From contig OZ245843.1 of NCBI GenBank assembly GCA_965228875.1, positions 3,888,616 through 3,952,615 of the forward strand: 64,000 nt of DNA. The letters are read 5' to 3'. Under the pieces are notes generated by a model. That model was given only the letters and a program-made list of their open reading frames with translations, did no database searches and was not told the DNA's origin. The translations under genes and the position numbers were made by a program. The stretch is from Thalassobaculaceae bacterium (GTDB lineage Bacteria > Pseudomonadota > Alphaproteobacteria > Thalassobaculales > Thalassobaculaceae). Positions 19,435 to 28,814 of the stretch are shown one piece after another (the stretch's first letter is position 1; the number at the start of each line of letters is the position of its first letter).

Positions 19435-20442
19435 TCAGGCCGGCTCGCGCGGCGGCATCAGCAGGGAAACGGTCTCGGCGGCGACCGCGATGCTCACCGG
19501 CAGCCGGGTGATGATGTCGCCGTCCCCCTGGACCGGATCTTCCCGACCGTCCAGTACCGAGATCTCCCGGGCCGGGATCACCCGATAGGTCTTCAGCCGG
19601 CCGAGGAAGCCGCCAAACAGCGCCGCCATGTAGTAGACCGCCTGCCACCGGCCGGGTTTCTCGAACAGGCAGACATGCAGGCCCGGCTCGGTGATGCGGG
19701 CATCGCCGGCGCAGACGAACCGACCCGCGTAGTAGTGCCCGTTGGCGACGATCGCCGAGGCCGCCTCGTGGATCACCCCGTCGATGACGATGCGGAAGCG
19801 CCGGTTGCGGTAGGCGAACCAGCGTCGCAGGGTGGCCACCGCGTAGGCGAGCTTGCCGGTCCGGCGCTTCAGCGTATTGTCGACCGAGGCCACGATCTCG
19901 GCGTCGAGGCCGACGCCGGCCATGAGCATGAAGTGCCGGCCGTTGGCGACCCCCAGATGCACGCGGGTCGGCCGGCCGTCGAGGATCGACGCGGCGACCG
20001 CCCGCGGGTCGGTTTCCAGCCCGATCTCGGCCGCCAGAACGTTGGCCGTGCCGATCGGGATCAGCGCCAGAGGCGTGTCGCCGCCCGCCAGGCCGTTCAC
20101 CACCTCGTTGATGGTGCCGTCGCCGCCGGCGCAGATCACGACGTCCGGTCCATGGGCTCCCCGTGTGGCAGTGTGCTTCACCGACGCGGCCGTCCGTTCG
20201 GCGTCGCCGGCACTGGTCGTCTCGTGCAAGTCGACCGTCACCCCGGCCTCGGTCAGCCGCGCAATCACGTCCTCGACGCGCTTTACCTTGCCGCCGCCGC
20301 CCGCTGTGCGGTTGAATATGAGCAGGGCCCGTCGGAACGGCTTGCGCACCGCCTGCGCGCCGGCCGTCCGCGCGGTGGCCGACCGGTGAAACTTCGAGGC
20401 ATCGGCGTGGCCCTGCGGCGGGATCGCGGGGTCGGTGCGCAT
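19435..20442 (-). CDS. Diacylglycerol kinase family lipid kinase (YegS/DgkB-like)
   Basis: IFNRTAG, AGGDGTINEV, PIGTANVLA, GVGLDA and QGDGD motifs. Confidence 0.92.
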   Translation of the reverse strand: MRTDPAIPPQGHADASKFHRSATARTAGAQAVRKPFRRALLIFNRTAGGGGKVKRVEDVIARLTEAGVTVDLHETTSAGDAERTAASVKHTATRGAHGPDVVICAGGDGTINEVVNGLAGGDTPLALIPIGTANVLAAEIGLETDPRAVAASILDGRPTRVHLGVANGRHFMLMAGVGLDAEIVASVDNTLKRRTGKLAYAVATLRRWFAYRNRRFRIVIDGVIHEAASAIVANGHYYAGRFVCAGDARITEPGLHVCLFEKPGRWQAVYYMAALFGGFLGRLKTYRVIPAREISVLDGREDPVQGDGDIITRLPVSIAVAAETVSLLMPPREPA

Positions 20443-20571
20443 TCGACGTCGTCCTTTCGATTGAAGCCGACTTTCTCGGATGTTAAATCAAGGAAACTCA
20501 GTATTGTTAAGAATATGTTACTCAAAATATAATGTTGCAGCCGTCAGTTTGGAAGACGACCCAAGCGTAAT

Positions 20572-20589
20572 TTGTCATCGATATTTCAC
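20572..20589 (+). promoter_or_regulatory. Putative Pho box (PhoB site)
   Basis: TTGTCAT-CGAT-ATTTCAC fits the CTGTCAT-N4-CTGTCAC direct repeat; about 100 bp upstream of the plcP-like gene. Confidence 0.55.
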
Positions 20590-20688
20590 TTTACTAGATG
20601 TTGCGGGCCGCGTATCTGCGGTCCCAACTTGTAGGCGCTCGCGCGTGGCCCTTGCTCCGCCCGCGCAATCTGGACGGGGGATGCGGCG

Positions 20689-21462
20689 ATGAACGCGGAA
20701 CGGGGTGTGACCCGCTACCGGGCGATCTGGATTTCCGACATCCACCTCGGTACCCGCGGCTGTCAGGCGGAGTATCTGCTCGATTTCCTCAAGCATACCG
20801 AATCCGAATACCTTTATCTGGTCGGCGATATCCTCGACATCTGGCGGATGAAGCGAAGCTGGAGCTGGCGCCAGACCCACAACGACGTGGTGCAGAAACT
20901 GCTGCGCAAGGCGCGCAAGGGCACCAAGGTCATCTTCATCCCCGGCAACCACGACGATCTGTTCCGCGAGTTCCTCAATACCGATTTCGGCCAGATCGAG
21001 ATCCGCCCGGAGCACATCCACGTCACCCGGCAGGGCAAGCGGTTCCTGGTGATCCATGGCGACGAGTTCGACGTGGTGGTCACCTACGCCAGGTGGCTCG
21101 CGGTGCTGGGCGACTGGTCCTACAACACGCTGCTCTGGATCAACACGATCTTCAACGAGGTCCGTCGCCGGCTCGGCTATCCCTATTGGTCTCTGTCGGC
21201 GTACTTCAAGCAGAAGGCGAAACGGGCGGTCGAGTTCATCGGCGCATTCGAGGATGCCCTGGCGGCCGAAGCGCGCAAGCGCGGCGTCGACGGCGTGGTC
21301 TGCGGACACATCCACAAGGCCGAGATGCGGATGATCGACGATATCCTGTACTGTAACGACGGCGATTGGGTGGAGAGCTGCACGGCGCTGGTGGAGCATC
21401 TGGACGGCGAGATGGAGATCCTGCACTGGGCCAAGATCCGCCAACTGTCCTTCGCCATGTAA
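20689..21462 (+). CDS. plcP: Metallophosphoesterase, PlcP/LpxH2 type (phospholipase C; often annotated UDP-2,3-diacylglucosamine hydrolase)
   Basis: ISDIHLG, LVGDILD, PGNHDD, HGDEFD, CGHIH and NDGDWVES motifs; adjacent to a GT4 gene. Confidence 0.8.
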   Translation: MNAERGVTRYRAIWISDIHLGTRGCQAEYLLDFLKHTESEYLYLVGDILDIWRMKRSWSWRQTHNDVVQKLLRKARKGTKVIFIPGNHDDLFREFLNTDFGQIEIRPEHIHVTRQGKRFLVIHGDEFDVVVTYARWLAVLGDWSYNTLLWINTIFNEVRRRLGYPYWSLSAYFKQKAKRAVEFIGAFEDALAAEARKRGVDGVVCGHIHKAEMRMIDDILYCNDGDWVESCTALVEHLDGEMEILHWAKIRQLSFAM

Positions 21463-21487
21463 GCCGGACCGGACCGAGGATACGGCC

Positions 21488-22633
21488 GTGAGTTCCGATG
21501 CGCACCAGGGAGATCCGCTGCATGTCGCGGTGGTGTCCGACGCCTGGTATCCGCAGGTGAACGGCGTCGTCCGCACGCTGGAGGCGACGGCGGAAGAGTT
21601 GCGCGACATGGGCCACAGGATCACGTTCGTGACCCCGGACAAGTTCCGCACCGTCCCGTGTCCGACCTATCCGGAGATCCGCCTCGCGCTGTTTCCGGAC
21701 CGCCGGATCGCGGAGCTGCTGGACGCCGCACTCCCCTGCGCCATCCACATCGCCACCGAAGGGACGCTCGGCTTCGCCGCCCGGCGCTACTGCCTGAAGC
21801 GCGGCCTGCCCTTCACCACCGCCTACCACACCAAGTTTCCCGAATATATTCACGCACGGACGCGAATCCCGGTGTCCTGGACATACCGGATCATGCGCCG
21901 GTTCCACGGGCCCTCGAGCGGGGTGATGGTGGCGACCCCGTCACTGCGCCGCGAGCTGGAGGCCAACGGTTTCACCAACATCCGCGACTGGACGCGAGGC
22001 GTCGACATCTCGCTGTTCCATCCGCGCCCGTCGATCCTCGACCTGCCGAGACCGATCCTGATGTATGTCGGCCGGGTCGCCGTGGAGAAGAACATCGCCG
22101 CGTTCCTGTCGCTCGACCGGCCGGGCACCAAGGTGGTGGTCGGGGACGGGCCGCAACGCGCGGAGCTCGAGCGCCGGTTCCCCGACGTTGTGTTCATCGG
22201 CACCAGGGAGGGCGAGGAACTGGCGGCGCACTACGCCTCCGCCGATGTCTTCGTGTTCCCGAGCCGGACGGACACGTTCGGGCTGGTCCTGGTCGAGGCG
22301 CTGGCGAGCGGCGTTCCGGTGGCGGCATATCCGGTGGCGGGTCCGCGCGACGTGATCGCCGACAGCGGTGCCGGTGTTCTGGACGAGGATCTGGGCCGGG
22401 CGATCGACAGTGCGCTGAGAGTCGACCGCGAGACGGCACGGTGGCGTGGCCTGGAATTCACCTGGCGGCGTTGCGCAGAGATGTTCGTCGAGAACCTTCA
22501 GCCGTTCGATCCGAAATCCGCGCAGGCTCAGACCCAGGGACCGGACGATCGGCGCCGACCGCACCGGATGCGCGATCCCGATGTTCGTGCTACGATCGAT
22601 AGAGTCGAGCAGTCGGTCGCGCGGGAGGTGTGA
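21488..22633 (+). CDS. agt: GT4 glycosyltransferase, Agt-like glycolipid synthase
   Basis: DAWYPQVNGVVRT, HIATEG, YHTKFPEY, VGRVAVEKN and FPSRTDTFGLV.EALASG motifs. Confidence 0.78.
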   Translation: MSSDAHQGDPLHVAVVSDAWYPQVNGVVRTLEATAEELRDMGHRITFVTPDKFRTVPCPTYPEIRLALFPDRRIAELLDAALPCAIHIATEGTLGFAARRYCLKRGLPFTTAYHTKFPEYIHARTRIPVSWTYRIMRRFHGPSSGVMVATPSLRRELEANGFTNIRDWTRGVDISLFHPRPSILDLPRPILMYVGRVAVEKNIAAFLSLDRPGTKVVVGDGPQRAELERRFPDVVFIGTREGEELAAHYASADVFVFPSRTDTFGLVLVEALASGVPVAAYPVAGPRDVIADSGAGVLDEDLGRAIDSALRVDRETARWRGLEFTWRRCAEMFVENLQPFDPKSAQAQTQGPDDRRRPHRMRDPDVRATIDRVEQSVAREV

Positions 22634-22698
22634 GAGCTTCGGGCACTGGCGCCACCGGATTTCGGCTCCCGGGTTTCGGCTCGATCGGGGGAAGCCAG

Positions 22699-23838
22699 AT
22701 GAAACGACCGTTGCTTCCACACGAGTCACGGCAGATCACCGGCCCCATGGTTCAGCCGCGGCAGACGGGCGCACCCGCGGTCGCGCGCTCGCTCCTGCCG
22801 CACGAGCAACGCCAGGTTGCCGGGCGCGGGATGTCGGCGTCGCCGATGCCGGCACCGACCGGGGCGCTGCGTTCCGGCGCGCCCGGCGGGTCGCGCGCGC
22901 TCCTGCCCCACGAGCTTCGCCAGTCCGGGGTCGTGCCCGCGCCGGTCGTCGGCGCTCGCCAGAACACGAACGCCGCACAGCCGATGCTCCGGCGGGGCCT
23001 CTCGAGTGTCACCCGACGCCTCGAAGAGGCGCGGGCCGCGCTGACGCGGCTGCCGGTACGTCCCGTCGGCGGCTGGGGAGGGGCGGGAGCCGGCGGCCCG
23101 GGCCGTGGCACCGGCGTCCGGGCGGTCCGGACAATGGATGCGCGGCGCAGGGAGGCCGAAGAGCGGTTGAGGACAATCCTCGGCGACGGCGCCCGGCTGG
23201 GCCCGGGCAGCCTGATGCTCGCACCGGAGCTGTCGACGGGAGGCGAGAGCGTCGCCCTGGATACGAGCCTCATGGCGGAGGGGATGGCGCATCCCCGCGG
23301 GGATCCGAGGACCACGGGGGATGACGAGGCAACCGGAGCCAGTTACGCCGTCGAAGCCCACGGGATCATGGTGCCGACGCGTTTCGGCCGGCACACCCGA
23401 CGCAATCTCCTGGTCCACGAGCGGGCCCATGCCTTCGCTCTGGCCGCCCATGGGGTGACGAGCGACGCGATGGTCGACGTGGACACGCTGATGATGACCG
23501 AGTTTCAGGCGCATACCCGACAGGCCATCGACTTCGTGTCCACTCTTGGCACGCCGGAGGAGGCCTATACCGAAGAGGGTCTCTCGTCCCACCGCGCGCA
23601 TCTCGCCCGCATGTTCACCGATCCGGTGGGCGAGATCGGTCGCCGGATGACCGGACCGTATGCGGCTCAGGTTGCCGGCAAGATGGTGAGCCACGAGGGC
23701 GCGGACCCGCGCGAGCTGTTCGCGGATCCCGACACGCGGACGCGCCTGACGCCGGAAGGCCAGCGCCAGGTCGAACGGCGGGTCGCGAAATTCACCGAAA
23801 GCATCGGCGGTTTCGGCGGGCGTGAGGCCGTGGAGTAG
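22699..23838 (+). CDS. Hypothetical protein with N-terminal LLPHExRQ repeats and a C-terminal HExxH...E metalloprotease-like domain
   Basis: Purine-rich RBS before ATG 22699; three LLPHExRQ copies; LLVHERAH followed by TEFQAH. Confidence 0.65.
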   Translation: MKRPLLPHESRQITGPMVQPRQTGAPAVARSLLPHEQRQVAGRGMSASPMPAPTGALRSGAPGGSRALLPHELRQSGVVPAPVVGARQNTNAAQPMLRRGLSSVTRRLEEARAALTRLPVRPVGGWGGAGAGGPGRGTGVRAVRTMDARRREAEERLRTILGDGARLGPGSLMLAPELSTGGESVALDTSLMAEGMAHPRGDPRTTGDDEATGASYAVEAHGIMVPTRFGRHTRRNLLVHERAHAFALAAHGVTSDAMVDVDTLMMTEFQAHTRQAIDFVSTLGTPEEAYTEEGLSSHRAHLARMFTDPVGEIGRRMTGPYAAQVAGKMVSHEGADPRELFADPDTRTRLTPEGQRQVERRVAKFTESIGGFGGREAVE

Positions 23839-23896
23839 GGCACGCTCGAGTGGGCAGGGTCCGTCGATCCCGTCCGGAGTCCGGGCCGTCCGGCCG

Positions 23897-24628
23897 TCAG
23901 TCCTTCAGGAAGAACTCGATCGTCGACACGACGCGGACGCGCTTGTCGATCTCTCCGGCCGGGTTGCCGTAGTTGCCGCCGACCCGCGGGCCGATGGTGA
24001 ACACCCCCTGGTTGGCCCGGCGGATGGCCCCGACGGTGCTGCCGCTGTCCTCGGCGAAGCGCTGGGCGCCTTCGCGGGCCGCCGTCGTCGCCTCGGCGAT
24101 CATGTCGGGCTTGATGTCGTTCAGGCCGGTGAACACGTAGCTCGGTCCGCCGGTCTCGGCGAGAACCACGCCCATCTTCACAAGCTCGCCGATCCGCGCC
24201 GCCGCCGCCTCGACCATCGCCACCTCGCCGGTGCGCACGGTGACGGTCTGGGCCAGGATGTAGCGGCCCTTCTCGACCCCGTCGGGCCGGTAGGCCTGGG
24301 CCAGCAGGTCCTGCACCTCGACCCGGCCGCGCAGGATGTTCTCCTGGCCGATCCCTTCGCCGACCAGGTACACCACCAGGGCGTCGACATCCTGCTCCAG
24401 CCGCGACTGGGTGGCGCCCAGGTCGTCCCCGGTCTCGGTGACGCGCACCGGCCAGACCGCGAGGTCGGCGGTCACCTCCCGTTCGGCCACGCCCTTGACG
24501 GTGACGAAACGGTCGGCGGCGCGACCGTCGCGCAGGCCGTCGCCGATGAACTTGCCGCCGACCGCCACGCCGACGGCGACGACCACGGCGGAGAGCAGCA
24601 CGGCGACGTGGCGTATCTGATCCGGCAT
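23897..24628 (-). CDS. SIMPL (DUF541) domain protein
   Basis: N-terminal TM; RFVTVKGVAEREV.ADLA.W, LNDIKPDMIAEAT, IRRANQG.F and KRVRVVST motifs. Confidence 0.9.
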   Translation of the reverse strand: MPDQIRHVAVLLSAVVVAVGVAVGGKFIGDGLRDGRAADRFVTVKGVAEREVTADLAVWPVRVTETGDDLGATQSRLEQDVDALVVYLVGEGIGQENILRGRVEVQDLLAQAYRPDGVEKGRYILAQTVTVRTGEVAMVEAAAARIGELVKMGVVLAETGGPSYVFTGLNDIKPDMIAEATTAAREGAQRFAEDSGSTVGAIRRANQGVFTIGPRVGGNYGNPAGEIDKRVRVVSTIEFFLKD

Positions 24629-24758
24629 GATGTCCTATCCTCCACGAACGACCGTTCTGGCCGGCGCGCGCACTATACGCCAGCAATCGTGACCTGTGTT
24701 AGACACGGTTGCGGCGAAATCGGGAAGGGCCGCCCGGCGGGCGTGCCAACCCCTGGGG

Positions 24759-25070
24759 TCAGTGTCCGGCCGCCTTGTCGAAAGCCGCCTTCTGCTCCGC
24801 CGTCGCCTCGACCTGGTGCTTGGCCTTCCAGTCGCCGTAGGGCATGCCGTAGACGATCTCGCGCGCCTGCTCGTAGTCGAGGTCGAGTCCCTTCTCCTCG
24901 GCGGCGGCCCGGTACCATTTGGACAGGCAGTTGCGGCAGAAGCCGGCGAGGTTCATCAGGTCGATGTTCTGGACGTCGGTGCGCTCGCGCAGATGCGCCA
25001 CCAGGGTACGGAAGGCGGCGGCTTCGAGCTCGGTGCGGGTGGCGTCGTCGATCTTGGATTGGTCGGCCAT
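24759..25070 (-). CDS. DUF1244 family protein
   Basis: EAAAFR, DVQNIDLMNLAGFCRNCL and VYGMPY..WK motifs. Confidence 0.92.
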   Translation of the reverse strand: MADQSKIDDATRTELEAAAFRTLVAHLRERTDVQNIDLMNLAGFCRNCLSKWYRAAAEEKGLDLDYEQAREIVYGMPYGDWKAKHQVEATAEQKAAFDKAAGH

Positions 25071-25151
25071 CGGGGTCCTCCGGTCGGTCTGTTCTGCCGG
25101 CTCGTGGTCCGGTGCGCGAAATATCGGGTCTCCGGCGCCGGCGCGCCACCC

Positions 25152-25922
25152 TCACCCGTAGGCGGGCAGCAGTTCCGCCAGCGCATCGCCGAACCTGTCG
25201 GCCCAGAGATCGCCCCCGGCGGGGTCGGCGATCAGGTCCTGGCGGAACTCGAGGCAGAGGTTGTCCAGGCCCCGCCGGTCGGCGTGGACCGGGACGGTGT
25301 AGCCCTCTGGGGTCGACCCGGAATAGGGCTCGTTGGCGCCGACGCAGACTTCGGGGAACAGGGCGGAGAACGCTTCCATCGCCCGTGCCGAGGTCGCCGC
25401 GTCGGCGGCCCACAGGAACCCGATCTCCCAGGGCCGGTCGACCACCGCGTCGCGCAGCCGCGGCGTGAAGCTGTGCAGGGCGACGAAGAGCGGGCGCCGG
25501 CCGGCCGCGAGCCGGGCATCGATCAGGTCGACGATGGCACCGTGATAGGGATGGAACAGGGCATCGTAGCGCGCCTGCATCGCGTCGCCGTGGAGGCCCC
25601 GGTTGGCGGGGATCGGCGTGCCGTCCGACATCTCCGGGATCGACGCGGGCGCGTACGGCACCCGGTTCACGTCGCAGACCAGACGGGAATAGCCGCTGGC
25701 CACGAGCGGCGCGTCGAACCGGGCCGACAGCCGGCGGGCGATCCGGGCGATGCCGATGTCGTAGCCGATATGGCGGGCCAGTTCGGCCTGGCCGACGCCG
25801 AGATCGCCCAGCGCCGCCGGCACGGCGTTGGCATCGTGATCGGAGACGAAGACGACCGGGGCCGGGCCGTCGGGGTTCACCACCTCGAAGGCGGGCGGAT
25901 CGGACGGTGCGAGCAGGGACAT
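25152..25922 (-). CDS. N-formylglutamate amidohydrolase family protein
   Basis: SDH, RHIGYDIG, SRLVCDVNR, LHSFTP, NEPY and LEFRQDLI motifs. Confidence 0.9.
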   Translation of the reverse strand: MSLLAPSDPPAFEVVNPDGPAPVVFVSDHDANAVPAALGDLGVGQAELARHIGYDIGIARIARRLSARFDAPLVASGYSRLVCDVNRVPYAPASIPEMSDGTPIPANRGLHGDAMQARYDALFHPYHGAIVDLIDARLAAGRRPLFVALHSFTPRLRDAVVDRPWEIGFLWAADAATSARAMEAFSALFPEVCVGANEPYSGSTPEGYTVPVHADRRGLDNLCLEFRQDLIADPAGGDLWADRFGDALAELLPAYG

Positions 25923-25961
25923 GGGGGCTTCTGGGGGGCGCGGTTCGGAGGAGGGCCGGGA

Positions 25962-26663
25962 TCAGCCGCCGGCGGCGACCAGTTCCCGGTGCAGGCGGAC
26001 CAGGGTCGCGTCGTCCGGCACGGTCTGGGGTTCCACGACGCGGCGGCGGAACTCCGGAGCGACGGGCGCGTAGGCGTCGGCCAGCGCGCGCAGCTCGGCC
26101 ACCGGATCGTCGGAGCTGTCGATCCGCAGGTCCATCCAGGCGAAGTCGTCGTCGCGCACGATCAGCAGGGCGGCGGAGCGCAGGGCGCCGAGCTCGCCGC
26201 CGGCGTCCAGCCCGGCCTCCAGGGCGCCGACCAGGCGCCGTTCCAGCGGATCGCCGGATTGCCGCAGGAACCGGTCGAGCATGGCGTCGGGCAAGGCCTC
26301 GGAACGCAGGATGTTGCCGATGGCGATGGCGCCGTCGCTGCTGGCATGGCCGTGATAGGAGTAGATTTCGCTGCCGTGGAAGGCCGCGGTGCCGCCGCGC
26401 GCGTCGACGACCGCCACCTGACGCCACTTCGCGTCGTCGCGCTCGGCGGTCAGGGCGTCGACGGTCTCCTGCGCCGACAGACCGCGCGACAGCAGCTGCA
26501 GGCCGAGCGGGCCGAGCCGCGGGTCGGTCCGGTGCTGGGTCAGGACGGCGCCGACACCGGCCTTCGCGTAGGGGCAGCGGCTGCCGACGCTGAGTCCGGA
26601 GGTGGTCACGGCGAGGCCGAAGGCGCCGGTTTCGGGATCACGAGCCGCGATCGAGAAGGTCAT
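25962..26663 (-). CDS. DUF1028 (Ntn-hydrolase-like) protein
   Basis: MTFSIAARD, GVGAVLTQ, RQVAVVD, GNIL, AGGE and SAAL motifs. Confidence 0.9.
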   Translation of the reverse strand: MTFSIAARDPETGAFGLAVTTSGLSVGSRCPYAKAGVGAVLTQHRTDPRLGPLGLQLLSRGLSAQETVDALTAERDDAKWRQVAVVDARGGTAAFHGSEIYSYHGHASSDGAIAIGNILRSEALPDAMLDRFLRQSGDPLERRLVGALEAGLDAGGELGALRSAALLIVRDDDFAWMDLRIDSSDDPVAELRALADAYAPVAPEFRRRVVEPQTVPDDATLVRLHRELVAAGG

Positions 26664-26770
26664 CGGTGGTCTCCGCTTGGTGCTTCTGGCGGCGCGGCCC
26701 CGAGTGGCGTTGGCCGGCGGGGCGCGCTAAGGAGGAGGGATCGGGACATCGAAGCACGGGAACGGTCGAA

Positions 26771-27994
26771 GTGCGCGTACTTTTTGGATGGGAGTTCGGG
26801 GCCGGGCTCGGTCACGTCACCCGGTTCCGGCCGATCGCCGAGCGGCTGTCGGCCGAGGGCTGGGAGATCGTGTGCGCCCTGCAGGAGATCGAGCGCGGCG
26901 ACGCCCTGGTCGACCGGGCGACCGGCGCGCGCCTGGCCGGTGTGCGGGTCGTTCAGGCGCCGCGCTGGAACATCTCCAGCGATCCGAAGCTGCGCCAGGT
27001 GCCGACCCACAGTTTCGCCGACGTGCTGCGGCTGATCGGGTATGGCAACGCCGACGCCCTGCGTCACCGCGTGTCGGCCTGGCGCGACCTGATCGCGATC
27101 GTGCGGCCCGACGTGGTGGTCGGAGATTTCTCGCCGACCCTCAACCTCGCCGCCCGGGGTCGGGTGCCCCGGATCAGCGTCGGCAACGGCTACACCACGC
27201 CGCCGCCCGGCCGGGTCATGCCGCCGATCCGCCCGTGGCAGACCGAACTGCACGAGTTCAGCATCAAGAACGAACAGCTGCTGCACGGGGCGGTGAATGC
27301 CTCCCTGGCGGCGCTCGGCGACCCCGGCGTGGACCACTTGGCCGACGCCCTGCACGGCGACGAGAGCTACGTGTTCTCCCTGCCGCTGGTCGATCCCTAT
27401 GCCGCCTACCGCGCGGAGCCGACCCTGCCGCCGTTCAACATGCCGCGCGACATCGCGCCCCGTCCGATCGCGCAGCGGCCGCCGCGGAGCGTCTTCCTCT
27501 ACCTGCCCCGCAACCACAAGCTGACGGGAGTGGCGGTCAAGGCGATCCGCGCGGCCCGGGTCGACGGCCAGGCCTACATTTCCGACTGGCCGCCGGGTGC
27601 CGCGGAGAAGGAGAGCGGCGCGGGACTGAAGATCCATGCCAAGCCGCAGGACTTCGCCGAGGTGCTGCCGTCGGTCCGCCTGGTCGTCCACCATGGCGGG
27701 CTGTCGACGGCGGTCGCCGCCCTGCTGGCGGGCACGCCGCAGTTCATCATGCCGTGGAACCTGGAGCACGCGGTGACGGCCCGCCGGCTCGAGGAGACCG
27801 GCGGCACCGTGGCCCTCGCCGCCGGCCGCGAGGACGAGACCAGCATCCGCAACGCGATCTCCCGGCTCTGCGCCGACGACGCGATCGCCGAACGGGCTCT
27901 CGCGGCGGCGGGGAGCGTCGATCTCGGCGACCCCGAGGCGGGGCTCGCCAGGATCGTGGACCGGATCAGGGCGCTGGCCGGCGTGCCGGCATAG
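26771..27994 (+). CDS. GT-B fold (GT1/GT28-like) glycosyltransferase
   Basis: VLFGWEFGAGLGH, PDVVVGDFSP and VVHHGG.ST...AGTPQ motifs; GTG start at 26771. Confidence 0.8.
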   Translation: MRVLFGWEFGAGLGHVTRFRPIAERLSAEGWEIVCALQEIERGDALVDRATGARLAGVRVVQAPRWNISSDPKLRQVPTHSFADVLRLIGYGNADALRHRVSAWRDLIAIVRPDVVVGDFSPTLNLAARGRVPRISVGNGYTTPPPGRVMPPIRPWQTELHEFSIKNEQLLHGAVNASLAALGDPGVDHLADALHGDESYVFSLPLVDPYAAYRAEPTLPPFNMPRDIAPRPIAQRPPRSVFLYLPRNHKLTGVAVKAIRAARVDGQAYISDWPPGAAEKESGAGLKIHAKPQDFAEVLPSVRLVVHHGGLSTAVAALLAGTPQFIMPWNLEHAVTARRLEETGGTVALAAGREDETSIRNAISRLCADDAIAERALAAAGSVDLGDPEAGLARIVDRIRALAGVPA

Positions 27995-28012
27995 CGCCTG
28001 TCGCGTCGGGAA

Positions 28013-28786
28013 TCAGACCTGAACGCTCATGCCGCCGTCGACGCCGAGGATCTGACCGCTGACGAAGCTGCCGGCGTCGGCCATCAGGTAGACCGCGGCA
28101 CCCCCGAGTTCCGCCGGATCGGCCCAGCGGCCCAGCGGGGTCTTTCCGACGACCCAGGCGTTGAACTCCTCGTTCTCGATCAGCGCGGTGTTCATCTCCG
28201 TCGCCACGTAGCCGGGGGCGATGGCGTTCACCGTGATGTTCTTCGCCCCGAGCTCGACCGCCATGGCGCGGCTTAGCGCGCGAAGGCCCTCCTTGGCGGC
28301 GATATAGGCGGGGACCGTCGGCCGCGCCTGGGGGCCAAGCATGGAGACGGTGTTGACGATCCGGCCGCCGCCGCTCTGCGCCATGTGGCGGGCGGCGTCG
28401 CGACCGAGGGTGAAGCAGGCGGTCAGGTTGGTCTCCACCACCCGGCGGAAATCCTCTGTCGGGAAGTCGAGCACCGGAACGCGGTGCTGCACGCCGGCAT
28501 TGGCGATCAGACCCCAGAGCCGGCCGTGCCGCCCGATCACCCGATCCAGCGCCGCGCGGGCCGCCGCCTCGTCGGTGACGTCGAACGCTTCGGCGTCGGC
28601 GGCGATGCCCTCGGCGGCCAGTTCGTCGACCCGCCGCCGCAGGGCGTCGGTGTCGCGGCCGTTCAGGACGACGGTCGCCCCGTGAGCGCCGCAGGCCCGG
28701 GCCATGGCGAGGCCGATGCCGCGCGAGGCGCCGGTGATCAGGATCACCCGGTTGGACAGGTCGAACAGGCTTGTGGCGACGGTCAT
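28013..28786 (-). CDS. SDR oxidoreductase (gluconate 5-dehydrogenase-like)
   Basis: LFDL, TGASRGIG, NAGVQHR, YIAAK, APGY.ATEMN and TPLGRW motifs. Confidence 0.88.
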   Translation of the reverse strand: MTVATSLFDLSNRVILITGASRGIGLAMARACGAHGATVVLNGRDTDALRRRVDELAAEGIAADAEAFDVTDEAAARAALDRVIGRHGRLWGLIANAGVQHRVPVLDFPTEDFRRVVETNLTACFTLGRDAARHMAQSGGGRIVNTVSMLGPQARPTVPAYIAAKEGLRALSRAMAVELGAKNITVNAIAPGYVATEMNTALIENEEFNAWVVGKTPLGRWADPAELGGAAVYLMADAGSFVSGQILGVDGGMSVQV

Positions 28787-28814
28787 CGCTGATCTCTCCC
28801 CTTGATGTGCGGCC

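Noticed and set aside
24696..27035. 779-aa plus-strand ORF (and the similar 37181-39523 and 51781-54306 ORFs)
   Set aside because: These overlap well-supported genes in other frames and have low-information composition.
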